Positions 1 through 10,594 of a DNA stretch of 64,000 nt are shown piece by piece (position 1 is the stretch's first letter; each line of letters opens with the position of its first letter). The stretch lies in NCBI GenBank assembly GCA_963827235.1, contig CAWHAE010000012.1, positions 32,001-96,000 on the forward strand, read 5' to 3'. Source of the DNA: an uncultured bacterium (lineage in GTDB: Bacteria; Chloroflexota; UBA5177; JANWHV01). The position numbers and the translations under genes were made by a program. The notes beneath the pieces were generated by a model. The model saw nothing but the letters and a program-made list of their open reading frames with translations. It had not been told where the DNA came from and searched no databases.

Positions 1-194
1 TCTCGCGCGGAGCCCGTCATGGGCAGGCATGGGAACAGGTTGCACGCCCTAGGGTTCCACGCCGATCGTGCCGCGGACCGACTGGAACGTGTGTGGCCGC
101 GCCGCTCCGAAGCCGTGTGATACAGTGCACTCGGCAGCGCTTCTGCCGGAGATTCGCTCATCGCCATTCACCGATGCGCCAGGAGGAAGCAGGC

Positions 195-1925
195 ATGTCG
201 ACACCGATAAGCTCCGACTCGACCGCGGCGCTCATTGGATTCCCGGACTTCATGCTGTCAACCATGGCAACCTGGAAGGTGCCCGGAGCGGCCATGGCCA
301 TTGTGAGAAACGGCACCGTGGTCTTCGCCCAGGGTTTTGGGCTGCGCGACCGCGAGCGTGCACTCGCGGTCACGCCGAATACCGTCTTCCCTATCGCCTC
401 CTGCACCAAGGCCTTCACGACCATGGGCCTGGCTATCCTGGTTGACGAGGGCAAGCTGGAGTGGGATGCGCCCGTGCGCGAGTATCTGCCCACGTTCAAG
501 CTGCACGACCCGGTGGCGAGCGAACTCATGACGCCGCGGGACCTCGTGACCCACCGCTCCGGACTGCCGCGCCACGACTTGATGTGGTACAAGTCGTCCC
601 GCACGCGTCAGGAGCTCTTCGACCGCCTGCGCTACCTCGAGCCGTCCAAAGGATTTCGTGCCGCGTTCCAGTACAACAACCTGATGTTCATGGTAGCCGG
701 CCATCTGATCGACAGGCTGAGCGGCGAGAGCTGGGAGGACTTTACCCGCGGCCGGATCCTCGAGCCACTGGGTATGGGGCACACCCTCTTCTCGGTGGTG
801 GAAGCCCAGCAGACCGAAGACTTTGCCCGACCTCATGATGAAGTGAAGGAAGAAGTCAAGGAGATTGGCTTTTACGAGGAGCAGCAAGCCATCGGACCGG
901 CCGGTGCCATTGTCTCCAGCATTGAGGACATGAGCCACTGGCTGCTCCTGCACCTGAACAAGGGCATGTGTGGTGATAGGCGGATCGTGTCGGCGAGCCA
1001 GATCGAACAGCTTCACGCCCCTCAGATCGCACTGTCGGACGCCGGAAGATACGCGGAGTTGCCGGCTCCGGTGACCTACGGGCTGGGGTGGAGCATCCAA
1101 TCGTACCGCGGCCACACAATTGTCCAACACTCCGGCGGCATCGACGGCTTCACGTCACTCGTGACTTTGCTGCCGCGTGAGAACATTGGCGTGGTGGTTC
1201 TGAACAATCTGATGGGCCCTTTCCCGACCATCGCGACATTCAACGCGATCGATCGACTGCTCAACCTGGATCAGGTGCCGTGGAGCGAGCGCTTCATGAA
1301 GGACCATCTGACGATCAGGGAGGGCGAGGAGCGCGGCGAGGAGAAGAGCGCGGCCGAAGCCGTGCCCGGCACAAGCCCTTCGCACCCACTGGCGGGCTAT
1401 ACCGGCGAGTTCGCGCACCCGGCCTATGGCAGCATCGAGGTAGCCACGAAGGATCAGGGACTGATCGCCACGTTTCACGGGGTGACGCGTCCGCTGTGCC
1501 ACTACCACTACGACATCTTCGAGATGAAGCTCGAGGAGTGGCACCGCCCGATCAAGCTCTCCTTCGCCACCGGCGTGCAAGGCGACGTCGGAAGCCTGGC
1601 GGGAGCCTTCGAGCCGGCCGTGCCCGATATCGTGTTCAGGCGCCTGCCGAGCAGCCACATGCTGGAGAAGAGCTTCCTCGAGCGATTCGTGGGTGAGTAT
1701 TCGCTGATGGACCTCCCGATGTGGGTGACATTGAAGAGCGACCACGTGCTCAAGGTTTCCTTGGCGGATGGCCAGGAGTACGAGCTGGCACCCACAAAAG
1801 CCACGGAATTTCAGCTCGCGGGACTCAACGGATTTCGCATCGAGTTCACAACTGATGCGGCAGGCATGGTCACTGCCGCTATCCTGACCCAGCCGTGGGG
1901 CGTGCTCACGGCGACACGGAAGTAG
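195..1925 (+). CDS. Serine hydrolase, beta-lactamase class C-like, with C-terminal DUF3471-like domains
   Basis: SxxK (ASCTK), LVTHRSGLP, YxN (FQYNN), HSGG motifs; AGGAGG at 181-186 supports ATG 195. Confidence 0.9.
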   Translation: MSTPISSDSTAALIGFPDFMLSTMATWKVPGAAMAIVRNGTVVFAQGFGLRDRERALAVTPNTVFPIASCTKAFTTMGLAILVDEGKLEWDAPVREYLPTFKLHDPVASELMTPRDLVTHRSGLPRHDLMWYKSSRTRQELFDRLRYLEPSKGFRAAFQYNNLMFMVAGHLIDRLSGESWEDFTRGRILEPLGMGHTLFSVVEAQQTEDFARPHDEVKEEVKEIGFYEEQQAIGPAGAIVSSIEDMSHWLLLHLNKGMCGDRRIVSASQIEQLHAPQIALSDAGRYAELPAPVTYGLGWSIQSYRGHTIVQHSGGIDGFTSLVTLLPRENIGVVVLNNLMGPFPTIATFNAIDRLLNLDQVPWSERFMKDHLTIREGEERGEEKSAAEAVPGTSPSHPLAGYTGEFAHPAYGSIEVATKDQGLIATFHGVTRPLCHYHYDIFEMKLEEWHRPIKLSFATGVQGDVGSLAGAFEPAVPDIVFRRLPSSHMLEKSFLERFVGEYSLMDLPMWVTLKSDHVLKVSLADGQEYELAPTKATEFQLAGLNGFRIEFTTDAAGMVTAAILTQPWGVLTATRK

Positions 1926-2007
1926 GATCACGAGCGGCGCCGTCCGGCTCCTTAGCCGTCCACGTGGTATAACGAGCTTCTAGTCCCGCTCGCATCCTCA
2001 AACGGCT

Positions 2008-2772
2008 ATGAACGCACTCCGGCTGGCCAGGTCGCCGCTTCCATCGTCCGTCGCGCGCCGCAGTCCGACCGCGCGCCGTAACGGCATGCTTGAGCTGCTG
2101 GACGGCACGCCGCTGCCCGGCGACCTGTCCGGCAACCTGCGCGAGATTCGCGGCATCAACCGCGGCCTGGGCTGGACGGCGGTCACGCTTCGCCTGGTCG
2201 AGCAGGCCCGGCGCGAGGCCGGACTGGCGAGCTGGAGCTACCTCGACGTGGCAACCGGATCGGCGGACCTGCCGCTGGCCCTCGTGCGCGGCGCCCGCCG
2301 GCGCCGGCAGACGGTCGACGCCCACGCCCTGGATGCCAGCCCGGCGGTGCTCGAGGAGGCGAGGCGCTTCCTGCGTGGCGCGCCGGTCACCCTCCATCTA
2401 GGCGACGCTCGCGCCCTGCCGTTCGAGGATCGCGCCTTCGACGTCGTTACCTGCGTGCTGGCGCTGCACCATTTCCCGCCCGACGAGGCCGCTGCCGTGC
2501 TCGGTGAGATCGCCCGCGTGGCCCGGCATGCCTGGGTCGTCGTGGATCTGAGGCGCGGCCTGATGGCCTATCTTGGCGCCCTGGCGCTCCGGCTGGTGCT
2601 GCGCAATCCGATGACCAGGCACGACGCGCCCGCTTCGGTCCTGCGCGCCTACTCCATGGCCGAGATGGATAGCATGCTAGGCCGTGCCGGGCTGAGCGGC
2701 GCCTCGCTCAGGGCCTGCTTTCCTTTCCGTGTCGCTGTGCTCGGCCGCGTGACTCCCGTGGCGGCGGGCTGA
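2008..2772 (+). CDS. Class I SAM-dependent methyltransferase
   Basis: LDVATGSAD motif I, GDARALPF, FDVVTC, LHHF. Confidence 0.85.
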   Translation: MNALRLARSPLPSSVARRSPTARRNGMLELLDGTPLPGDLSGNLREIRGINRGLGWTAVTLRLVEQARREAGLASWSYLDVATGSADLPLALVRGARRRRQTVDAHALDASPAVLEEARRFLRGAPVTLHLGDARALPFEDRAFDVVTCVLALHHFPPDEAAAVLGEIARVARHAWVVVDLRRGLMAYLGALALRLVLRNPMTRHDAPASVLRAYSMAEMDSMLGRAGLSGASLRACFPFRVAVLGRVTPVAAG

Positions 2773-2777
2773 CAGCC

Positions 2778-4001
2778 GTGCAGCACGTCCACGCGGCGAT
2801 CGTGGGAGGGGGCCCTGCCGGTGCCGCGGCGGCTATCTATCTGCGGCGCCGGGGTGTCGAGGTCACGCTGCTGGAGAGGGCGCGCATGCCCCGGGCCAAG
2901 CCCTGCGGCGAGTCGCTCAGCCCGGAGGTGACGCCGATCCTGCGCGATCTCGGAGTCATGGAGCAGGTCGACTCGACGGCTCACGGACGTCTGCGGGGAT
3001 TTGCCCTCTACCCGTACGGCGCGGCGCCGTTTCGCGGTACCTACGCCGCGCGCAGCGCCGGCAACGCCGATCGTGCCCGCGGCCTCGCGGTGCCGCGCAT
3101 GTCGCTGGATACGGTCCTCTTGCGCGCCGCGAGCGCGGCAGGCGCGGATGTCCGCGAAGGCTGGGCCGTGCAGGGAATTGGCGACTGGGACGGCAGCGGG
3201 CGCGTGCTAGACGGACGGGACGCGCGTGGCGAGCACTTCACGCTGCGCGCGACACTGGTCATCGCCGCCGACGGCGTGCACTCCACGGTAGCGCGACGGC
3301 TGGATCTGGCGCGGCCCTCCGCGCGTCTGCGCCAGGTGGCGATCGTCACCCATATGCGCGGCGTTCGCGGTCTGGGCGAGTACGGGGAGATGCACGCCGC
3401 CGCCGGCGGCTATTGCGGTATCGCCCCCCTGGGAGGAGACCTGGCGAACGTGGCGATCGTGCTGCCCGCCACGGCGGCGGCCGGCCGGATCCGCCGCGCC
3501 GGCGGCATCGAGAGCTGCTTTCGCGCCTTCCTGTCCACGTGCCCGCACCTGGCCCCACGCGTCCTCGAAGCGGAGATTGCCGGCGGTCCATGGACCACGA
3601 GCGGCCTGGCCTGCAGAGTGCGGAGGCGGGTCGACGACGGGCTGCTGCTGGTCGGGGATGCCGGCGGCTACTTCGACCCTTTTACCGGGGAAGGCATCTA
3701 TCGTGCCCTGCGTGGCGCCGCGCTCGCCGCGCGCGTGGCGAGCCGGGCATTGCGGCGCGGCAACGCGGACCGGGCCGCGCTGGCACCATATGCCGGCCTG
3801 TACGGACGGCAGTTCGCGCCCAAACGACTGGTCGAGATCATCGTGCACGAGGTAGTCGCGCGGCGGCGCGTATTCGAGCACGTGGCGGCCCGCCTGCGCG
3901 GCACGCCTGCCCTGGCCGACGCTATGATCGGCGTCACCGGTGACTTTCTCTCCCCGTATGAAGTGCTGAGCCCGTGGTACCTGGCCAGGCTGTTTCTGTG
4001 A
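2778..4001 (+). CDS. FAD-dependent oxidoreductase (geranylgeranyl reductase/halogenase-like)
   Basis: GGGPAG, KPCGE, ADG, GDAGGYFDPFTGEGI. Confidence 0.88.
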   Translation: MQHVHAAIVGGGPAGAAAAIYLRRRGVEVTLLERARMPRAKPCGESLSPEVTPILRDLGVMEQVDSTAHGRLRGFALYPYGAAPFRGTYAARSAGNADRARGLAVPRMSLDTVLLRAASAAGADVREGWAVQGIGDWDGSGRVLDGRDARGEHFTLRATLVIAADGVHSTVARRLDLARPSARLRQVAIVTHMRGVRGLGEYGEMHAAAGGYCGIAPLGGDLANVAIVLPATAAAGRIRRAGGIESCFRAFLSTCPHLAPRVLEAEIAGGPWTTSGLACRVRRRVDDGLLLVGDAGGYFDPFTGEGIYRALRGAALAARVASRALRRGNADRAALAPYAGLYGRQFAPKRLVEIIVHEVVARRRVFEHVAARLRGTPALADAMIGVTGDFLSPYEVLSPWYLARLFL

Positions 4002-4087
4002 ACTCAGGGCATGCCATGCACAGGGCACCGGTTCAGCCGGTCCCCCAAATGCCGGCCGGCGGCCGGCCCACGCTCGAGGACGCGGAG

Positions 4088-4621
4088 ATGATCGAGATCG
4101 AGAACCACACGGCGATGCGCGCCCCGATCGAGCTGGTGTTCCGGCTCGCGGCCGAGGTCGAGCAATGGCCGCGCCTGCTCACGCACTATCGCCGGGTCGC
4201 GCAGCTGGCCACGCGACGCGAAGGCCGGATCGTGGAGATGTCCGCCGTGAGGCCGCCGCTGCCCCTTCCGGTGCGCTGGCGAGCGGTCCAGGCCGTGGAT
4301 GACGGCGGACACACGATTCGCTACCGGCACGTCGGCGGCGTCACGCGGGGCATGGAGGTGGAGTGGCGCCTGGTGCCGGCGGGAGAGATCGTCGACGTGA
4401 CCATCGTGCACCGCTTCGCGCCGCGCTGGCCCTGGCCCGGACCCTGGCTGGCGCGCCGGATCGTGTGCGGCTTCTTCGTGCACGGCATCGCCGAGCGCAC
4501 GCTCGCCGGTCTCAGGCGTGCCGCGGAACACGAGCATGCTAAAATGCGATCGGCGGCGGCACGGGACGGAGATCGCGCCGGTGACGCTGCCGCGGGAGCG
4601 CGATCGATGTTCGTGCCATGA
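4088..4621 (+). CDS. SRPBCC/START polyketide cyclase-like protein
   Basis: APIELVFRLAAEVEQWP, GVTRGMEVEW; start could be 4016. Confidence 0.8.
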   Translation: MIEIENHTAMRAPIELVFRLAAEVEQWPRLLTHYRRVAQLATRREGRIVEMSAVRPPLPLPVRWRAVQAVDDGGHTIRYRHVGGVTRGMEVEWRLVPAGEIVDVTIVHRFAPRWPWPGPWLARRIVCGFFVHGIAERTLAGLRRAAEHEHAKMRSAAARDGDRAGDAAAGARSMFVP

Positions 4622-5889
4622 TTGCAGACGGCACCGGCGAGACGCGATTGCCCGCGCGCCGGGTGGCGGTGACCGGCATCGGAGCGGTGACGCCGATCGG
4701 CACCGGCCGTGAGGGGTTGTGGCGCGGGGTGCTGGCCGGCGTGTCCGCCGTCGACGGCATCACTCGATTCGATCCCTCGGCATTCCCGTCACGCATGGCC
4801 GCCGAGGTGCGCGATTTCGAGCCTCTCGACCACCTGCCGCGCAAGCTGGCGCATCGCCTGGACCGCTACGCCCAATTCGCCGTGGCCGCCGCCGCCATGG
4901 CGGTGGCGGATGCCGGCCTCGATCTCGATCTCGAAGATCGCGATCGGACCGGTGTGTTCCTGGGCAGCGCCCTCGGCGGGGCGCCGGGCTCGGAGGCCGA
5001 GCACGCCAAGTACATGGCTGGCGGCCTGCGGGCTACCAATCCGTTGCTCGCCCTCTCCGTATTTGGCGCCTCGGCCAGCACGAACGTGGCCATGCATCTC
5101 GGCCTCAACGGCCCCTGCTCCTGCAACGCCGACGGCTGCGCGGCCGGCGCGGTGGCCATCGGAGAGGCCTTTCGGGCCGTGCAGTCGGGCCTGGTGGACA
5201 TCGCCCTCACCGGCAGCGCGGAGGCGCCGCTGATGCCCCTGACCTTCGGCGCGTTCACCGCCATCCGCGCTATGTCCACCCGGAACGAGGATCCGGCTCA
5301 TGCCTCGCGCCCCTTCGACCGGGACCGCGACGGCTTCGTGATGGCGGAAGGGGCCGGCATCCTCGTCGTGGAAGAATGGGACCACGCGATGCGGCGCGGA
5401 GTCACGCCGCTGGCCGAAATCGCCGGCTTCAGCCGGACCTGCGACGCCTATCACATGACGGCGCCGCGCCCGGACGGCCGCCAGGCCACGCGCGCCATAC
5501 GCCAGGCGATCGCCGCGGCAGGCATGGTTGCCGAGGATATCGACTACGTCAAGGCCCACGCGAGTGCCACTCCCCTGAACGACGTCACGGAGGCCCTGGC
5601 CATTCGCCAGGCGCTGGGCAGCCATGCCGAGCGCGTGCCGGTCAGCGGCACGAAGGGCCTTCACGGCCACGCCTTGGGCGCCAGCGGCGCCATCGAGGCG
5701 GCTATTGCCGTGCTGGCCCTGCGGAACGGCTACCTCCCAGCCACCGCCAACTGCGAGTACCCGGATCCTGCCTGCGGCCTGGACGTCATCCGTGGCGAGG
5801 GGCGCCGGCTCAGGGCGCGCACCGCGCTCTGCAACTCCTTCGGATTCGGAGGCATCAACGCGTCCATCGTGCTGCGCGCCGTGACCTGA
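4618..5889 (+). CDS. fabF: Beta-ketoacyl-ACP synthase II family protein
   Basis: RVAVTGIG, catalytic C (GCAAG), H (KAHA), H (GHALGA), SRPFDRDRDGFV, NSFGFGG; ATGA overlap with cyclase. Confidence 0.9.
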   Translation: MIADGTGETRLPARRVAVTGIGAVTPIGTGREGLWRGVLAGVSAVDGITRFDPSAFPSRMAAEVRDFEPLDHLPRKLAHRLDRYAQFAVAAAAMAVADAGLDLDLEDRDRTGVFLGSALGGAPGSEAEHAKYMAGGLRATNPLLALSVFGASASTNVAMHLGLNGPCSCNADGCAAGAVAIGEAFRAVQSGLVDIALTGSAEAPLMPLTFGAFTAIRAMSTRNEDPAHASRPFDRDRDGFVMAEGAGILVVEEWDHAMRRGVTPLAEIAGFSRTCDAYHMTAPRPDGRQATRAIRQAIAAAGMVAEDIDYVKAHASATPLNDVTEALAIRQALGSHAERVPVSGTKGLHGHALGASGAIEAAIAVLALRNGYLPATANCEYPDPACGLDVIRGEGRRLRARTALCNSFGFGGINASIVLRAVT

Positions 5890-5985
5890 CAAGCGGACCT
5901 GCCTGCTCTTCTGTTTACGCGGTGGCGGAGTACGCTTGAAGCAGACCACCTGACTTTCGCATCGCGGATCTGGAGCCGCCCTGCC

Positions 5986-7431
5986 ATGCGCCTGAGACCG
6001 CGAGCCACGGAACGGCTGCCATCGCTCTCCGTCGAGCCGTCCCGGTGTGCCGGCGAGACGCGCGGCACGTGGCTTGCCGCCCGGCGGCGGACTGCGGCGA
6101 TCGCCTCCGCGCTGGTCCTGCTCTGTATCCTGAGCGCCGGCCTCGCCTACCACGTGCTGAGCTGGAATCCCATCGTGGCGGAGATCGCGCTCGGCCAGCC
6201 GGTAAGCGATAGTCCCATGATCGTGGACGCCCGCGACGGGCACCTCTTCGTGCTCTCCTCCGCCGCCCGCGGGCTTCCTGCCAGCTCGGTGACCATGATC
6301 GACCTGCGCAGCGGAGCGGTCATTCACCGCGTGCCGGTGGGTATCGGCCAGGCGCAGCTCAGTTTCGATTCCGTGCTGGACCGCGTCGTCGTGGCGGGCG
6401 CGTACTCCGCGCAGCAGTACCGGCAGTTCGGCCGCAAGCGCCCCGACGCCGCCAGTCCGGCCAGGCTGGTGGTAGAGCTCGACGGCCGAACAGGCACTGC
6501 CGTGCGCAGCACGCTGATCCCGGGATCGATTGCCGCGCTGGATGAGGACGTGCAGGTTGCCCATCTCTTCATCGCGGGCGGAGGCGGTGCCGGGGTGGAC
6601 TGCAACATCTGTCCCGGCGATCCCAGCGTGGTGACCATGCTGGATGCGCGCACGCTCAAGCAGCTCGCCGTGCTGCCCGTGGGGGATACGCCGCGCTCCG
6701 TGATGGTCGACCAGCGCAACGCTCGCGTCTACGTGACCACGAACGGCGGACTCTACGTCCTCGATGCGCGCACCGGAGCACAGATCTCGTGGCTGCCTCC
6801 CGGCGGCGGCGGCACCGTGCTGGCGATCGATCAGCCGATCAACCGCGTGCTCGTGGCGGCAGACGGAGCCACGCTCGCGCTCGACGGGCGCACCGGCAGG
6901 CAGATGTCGCGGATGCGCTCGGTCGAGCCTGCCGACCTCTCGTATTTTGGCGACACCGTGCTGCTGACCGGCCCGCGGACCGGGCATCTCTACTACGTGG
7001 ACCTCGCCGCCTCGGGCGGGAACGGAGCCGCCGGGAGCGCCGATCTGACCGAGGCCGATGGCACCAACGGCCGCATCATCAACCGCTGCGCCACCGCCGC
7101 CCGGTCACCCGCCTTTGCCCTGCTGCCGGCGCACGATCGCGTGGCCGTGACCGACATGCAAACCAACACCGTTCAGGTTGTCGACATGGCCACGTGCGCC
7201 GTGGTGCAGAGCGAGACGCTCGCGCACGCCCCGATCATGATTGCCTCGGACGAGGTATCCGGGCGCCTGGTCGTGGCAGCGGACGAGCAGGAGACGTCGC
7301 GAGACGGCTGGAGCTGGCTGCCCACGTGGCTGCGCAGCCGCGTCCCATTCGTGCCCCAGATACCGGTCGCACGGGCCGCGCCAGCCGCCGCCGCCAACGG
7401 CATCGTCGACCTGATCACACTGCAGCAGTAG
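5986..7431 (+). CDS. Membrane-anchored YncE/YVTN-like beta-propeller protein
   Basis: N-terminal TM; repeats such as VTMIDLRSG..VPVG and VTMLDART..LPVGDTP. Confidence 0.7.
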   Translation: MRLRPRATERLPSLSVEPSRCAGETRGTWLAARRRTAAIASALVLLCILSAGLAYHVLSWNPIVAEIALGQPVSDSPMIVDARDGHLFVLSSAARGLPASSVTMIDLRSGAVIHRVPVGIGQAQLSFDSVLDRVVVAGAYSAQQYRQFGRKRPDAASPARLVVELDGRTGTAVRSTLIPGSIAALDEDVQVAHLFIAGGGGAGVDCNICPGDPSVVTMLDARTLKQLAVLPVGDTPRSVMVDQRNARVYVTTNGGLYVLDARTGAQISWLPPGGGGTVLAIDQPINRVLVAADGATLALDGRTGRQMSRMRSVEPADLSYFGDTVLLTGPRTGHLYYVDLAASGGNGAAGSADLTEADGTNGRIINRCATAARSPAFALLPAHDRVAVTDMQTNTVQVVDMATCAVVQSETLAHAPIMIASDEVSGRLVVAADEQETSRDGWSWLPTWLRSRVPFVPQIPVARAAPAAAANGIVDLITLQQ

Positions 7432-7459
7432 CGCGGCGCCGGCGGGATCTCTGCCTGAG

Positions 7460-7845
7460 CTATTGCGCTCGACCAAGGCTCGTAGCCGTGCCTGAACCGC
7501 CTCCTCGAGGATGTCGGGCGGATGCATCAGTCGCCTGGTATCCACCTCCAGGTCGCCGGCCCACCACTGCGGCACCAGCCCGGCCGAGTGTTTGTATGAC
7601 CGGCAGGAGCTGCACCATTCCCACACGCTCCCGGACGCGACCTATCGCTTTCCCTTGATGGTCCCTTCGCGCGGCTCTCGAGGCCAGAGCCACAGGTGGA
7701 GCGCGTAGGCACCGCAGACCGGGCAAGGTTCGGGAATCTGCAGCCAGTCGCATGTCGCCGCAAAGATTTCGTTCCAGCGGTCTTGCATGTCCTTTGGCAC
7801 GCCGTGCCAAGGTACGGGCGCCTCGCCAGATCTCGCGTCGTCCAT
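7460..7845 (-). pseudogene. CxxC..CxxC (zinc-binding-like) hypothetical protein, interrupted by an in-frame TAG, 3' end probably lost
   Basis: CPVC...KR*VASGSVWEWCSSCRSYKHSAGLVPQWW in one frame across TAG 7642-7644; AGGAG before ATG 7845. Confidence 0.55.
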
Positions 7846-8009
7846 CGATGCTCCTGTCTGAACGCGTCCTGCAACCCGGGGCGCCGCAATGCAGTCCAGA
7901 ATTGGAGGCTGTCGCTCGTCTGGCGTTGGTGCTGGCGCGGCGATCCAGCCCGCCGTGGGCGATGGCGCGCGTCCTGACGCCGGCGCGCTGCTGGCTGCGA
8001 CACAAGCAG

Positions 8010-8594
8010 TCATCTGATCCAGTACACCACGCGCGCGGCGTCCGTCTCGCCGAGTTGCTCCTTGAGCCTGCCTACAACGCCGGTGAGAAACTCGTTCCCA
8101 GCGACCTGAGCGAACGTCGGATGCCAGGTGACTATCTGCACGGCGGGCATAGGTGCAGCGGTTCGCAGGCTCCGAGCCGGCTCGACATGGCTGGTCTCGT
8201 CCGCGAACAACGCCACATCAGCGGCAGGCACCGCGATTCGCACCTCTGTGCGCGCAGCCCAATCGAACTGGAGCAATTCCCGAAGGCCCAGCCAACTCTG
8301 GCCGTCACCCGGCCGGAATACGTGGGCCCAATCCCTGAGCTCGACTGAGAGATCAGTGGGAAGGCCCCGCTGGGGAAACATCGGCCCGGCAAACCCTGAC
8401 ACTCGACGCTCCGGAATCCCGGATAGCAGCGCCATGAGCACAGGGTTGGATCCCTCATACAGCGATCGTGGTGCGCACTCGGGCTCCCTTGGCTCTGCCG
8501 CCGGATCGTAGTCAATATTCAACTGCAGGTCGCCCGCGTAGCGCCAAACCCCATCGCTGTTGGTTTCAGGATATATATGCAGGAACCTGCTCAT
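8010..8594 (-). CDS. Hypothetical protein (candidate orphan immunity protein)
   Basis: 194-aa globular-looking ORF (RGLPTDLS, SWLGLRELL) co-oriented in the Rhs island. Confidence 0.6.
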   Translation of the reverse strand: MSRFLHIYPETNSDGVWRYAGDLQLNIDYDPAAEPREPECAPRSLYEGSNPVLMALLSGIPERRVSGFAGPMFPQRGLPTDLSVELRDWAHVFRPGDGQSWLGLRELLQFDWAARTEVRIAVPAADVALFADETSHVEPARSLRTAAPMPAVQIVTWHPTFAQVAGNEFLTGVVGRLKEQLGETDAARVVYWIR

Positions 8595-8843
8595 CGCCGG
8601 CGACCTCCGCTCGCTGGGAAAGGTATCTGGTCACGCGCGGCGCCACACGGGCGCGCTCAAGTGAGCCATGTTCGTTCGCCCGGTGATACCAGCTCGATCA
8701 AGGCTCACGGCGCCACGGTATCGGCAGTATGGGCGTGGCCACATGCCGAGCGAGTTGGTTGACTGAACACCGGCAGGAATACGCGCCTTCGATTCACCTC
8801 CAGGTCGCCGGAATCAGCTGCATCTCTCACGTCGGCATATCAC

Positions 8844-9224
8844 TCAGGACGACGCTTCGAACGGGAAGGGAACGCAGTAGACGAACCGACCTGATTTGTC
8901 GAACACCAGGCAAATATCGAGCAGACTGGATCCGTCCGCCTGGCTCAACTTCACCACCATGACACTGCACTGTCGACAGCTGTCCTGAATGCCCAGATCG
9001 TCTGCACTGTAACCGCACCCGGCCAGTAAGGCGTAGTGTGTGCATACAACGTAGTCGTCATAGTGGTGCTGACGGGCGAATGCTGCAAGCATGGGCCCGC
9101 GCAATACCTTCACCGTCGTGGACACGTTGGCGCTTTCTGGGAACGTTGCGGCTGATGAACGCGCGGGCCGCATCGCTGTCAGCAGGTGTGCTCCCCAGGA
9201 TGTGGCCGATGAAGAGATCGGCAC
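8844..9224 (-). CDS. Hypothetical protein or remnant
   Basis: Lower-GC ORF in the Rhs island; start uncertain. Confidence 0.3.
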   Translation of the reverse strand: MPISSSATSWGAHLLTAMRPARSSAATFPESANVSTTVKVLRGPMLAAFARQHHYDDYVVCTHYALLAGCGYSADDLGIQDSCRQCSVMVVKLSQADGSSLLDICLVFDKSGRFVYCVPFPFEASS

Positions 9225-9578
9225 TCATCAGCAACGCCCACGGCACCGCCACAGCCACGACGATTGCAGCGCGATGCAGGACCAAACTACGGCCTGAGCC
9301 ATGTCTTGCCGAGTCTTCCGTGAAGCCTCCAAGGTGTTAGCTAGTACGTCAGGCCGCGCCTAACCAGCGGTCTGCCCGCACCCCCTGAGCTCACAGCACA
9401 CGTAACAGCATTAGCACAGCGGACCCAGCGCTGGTCCTTGCTGCTAACCTGGCAAATCGTGCGAGACCTGCTCGCGAGAGCGAAGATACCCGACGTAGCG
9501 CGCCACGGTCACTCCGAGACGCACGCCGACGGGAGCAGCCACAAAGATGCTGACGACCAGAGTCACGCCATCATGGCT

Positions 9579-10545
9579 CTTGCCCCACAGGTAGGCGAAG
9601 CAGTCGTCGGTATTGCCGGTCGTGTCGGTGAGCGCGATCAGGTCGCCGCGGTCGTCCACCTCGTACCAGTACTTGCTGGTCACGCCGCTCTGCGTGCGGA
9701 TCAGCTCCAGCGGCGCGCCGTCGCGCCGGTAGAGGTAGGTATCGGTGGTGCTCTGCGCTGCCGCTGGTGGTCACCTGGGCCAGCTCGCCGCCCCGATACT
9801 GGAAGGTCTCGCTCAGGTTGTTGCCAGCGCCGCTCGCCGTGTAGCTCATGCGCTGGCCCTGGGCGTTGTACGTCATGCTCACGCTCAGGCCGCTGGCCTT
9901 GCTCACCTGGGTCAGGCGGCCCTGGGCATCGTAGCTCAGGCAGGCGCCGTAGCTGGCGGTCGGGCAGTAGTCGGTGCTCGACGAGCTGATGCTGGTGGCG
10001 TGGCCGCTGGCATCGTAGAAGTAGTAGGTCGTTGCACCGCTCGTCGTCGTACTGGCCAGCTGGTTGGCGTTGTTCGCGCTGTAGCTGTAGGTGGTGGTCG
10101 GCCCGCCGTTGCTGGTGCTGCTGGTCGGGTTATCGTCGTGGTTGGCGTAGGCCCAGCTCCCCGTCACGCCCTGTGCCCGTGGCCCCGGTCAGGTGGCCCA
10201 GGGCGTCGTGCGTGATGGTGAGCGAGTTGGTCGTGACGCCGTTCACCGTGCCGGCGAAGCTGTTCGTCCAGCCGGCCTGGTCGTAGCCGTAGGTGTACGT
10301 GTTGTTCAGCGGCGAGCTCACCCCCGCTCGGCCCCACGGCGTCCACATAGGTGGTGCGGCTTGCCCCGTCGTACTGCCCGTGCTGGGCCACGCTGCCCGG
10401 CAGGCCGATCAGGGTGGGCAGGTCGTCGCCGTTGCGGCTAATGCTCGTGCTGTACGTGCCGTCCGAGATGCTCGTGGAGAGCCCCGCCGCGTTCAGGCTG
10501 ACGCTCGCCGTGCTCACGCCCGGTACCCTCGTCGTGTAGGTGCGC
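9579..10545 (-). pseudogene. Rhs/YD-repeat core fragment with several frameshifts
   Basis: YGYDQAG, YFYDASG, SYDAQGRL, YEVDDRGDLIALTDTTG across several frames; ends at AYLWGK. Confidence 0.85.
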
Positions 10546-10594
10546 AGACGTCCGGCCCGTGATCGCGTTGCGGTCACAGCGTCGGGCTATTGGT

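Noticed and set aside
4789-6987. Long antisense or alternate-frame ORFs (e.g. 4789-6987, 21452-23170, 39457-40719, 47566-48981)
   Set aside because: Shadow ORFs typical of high-GC DNA, overlapping well-supported genes.
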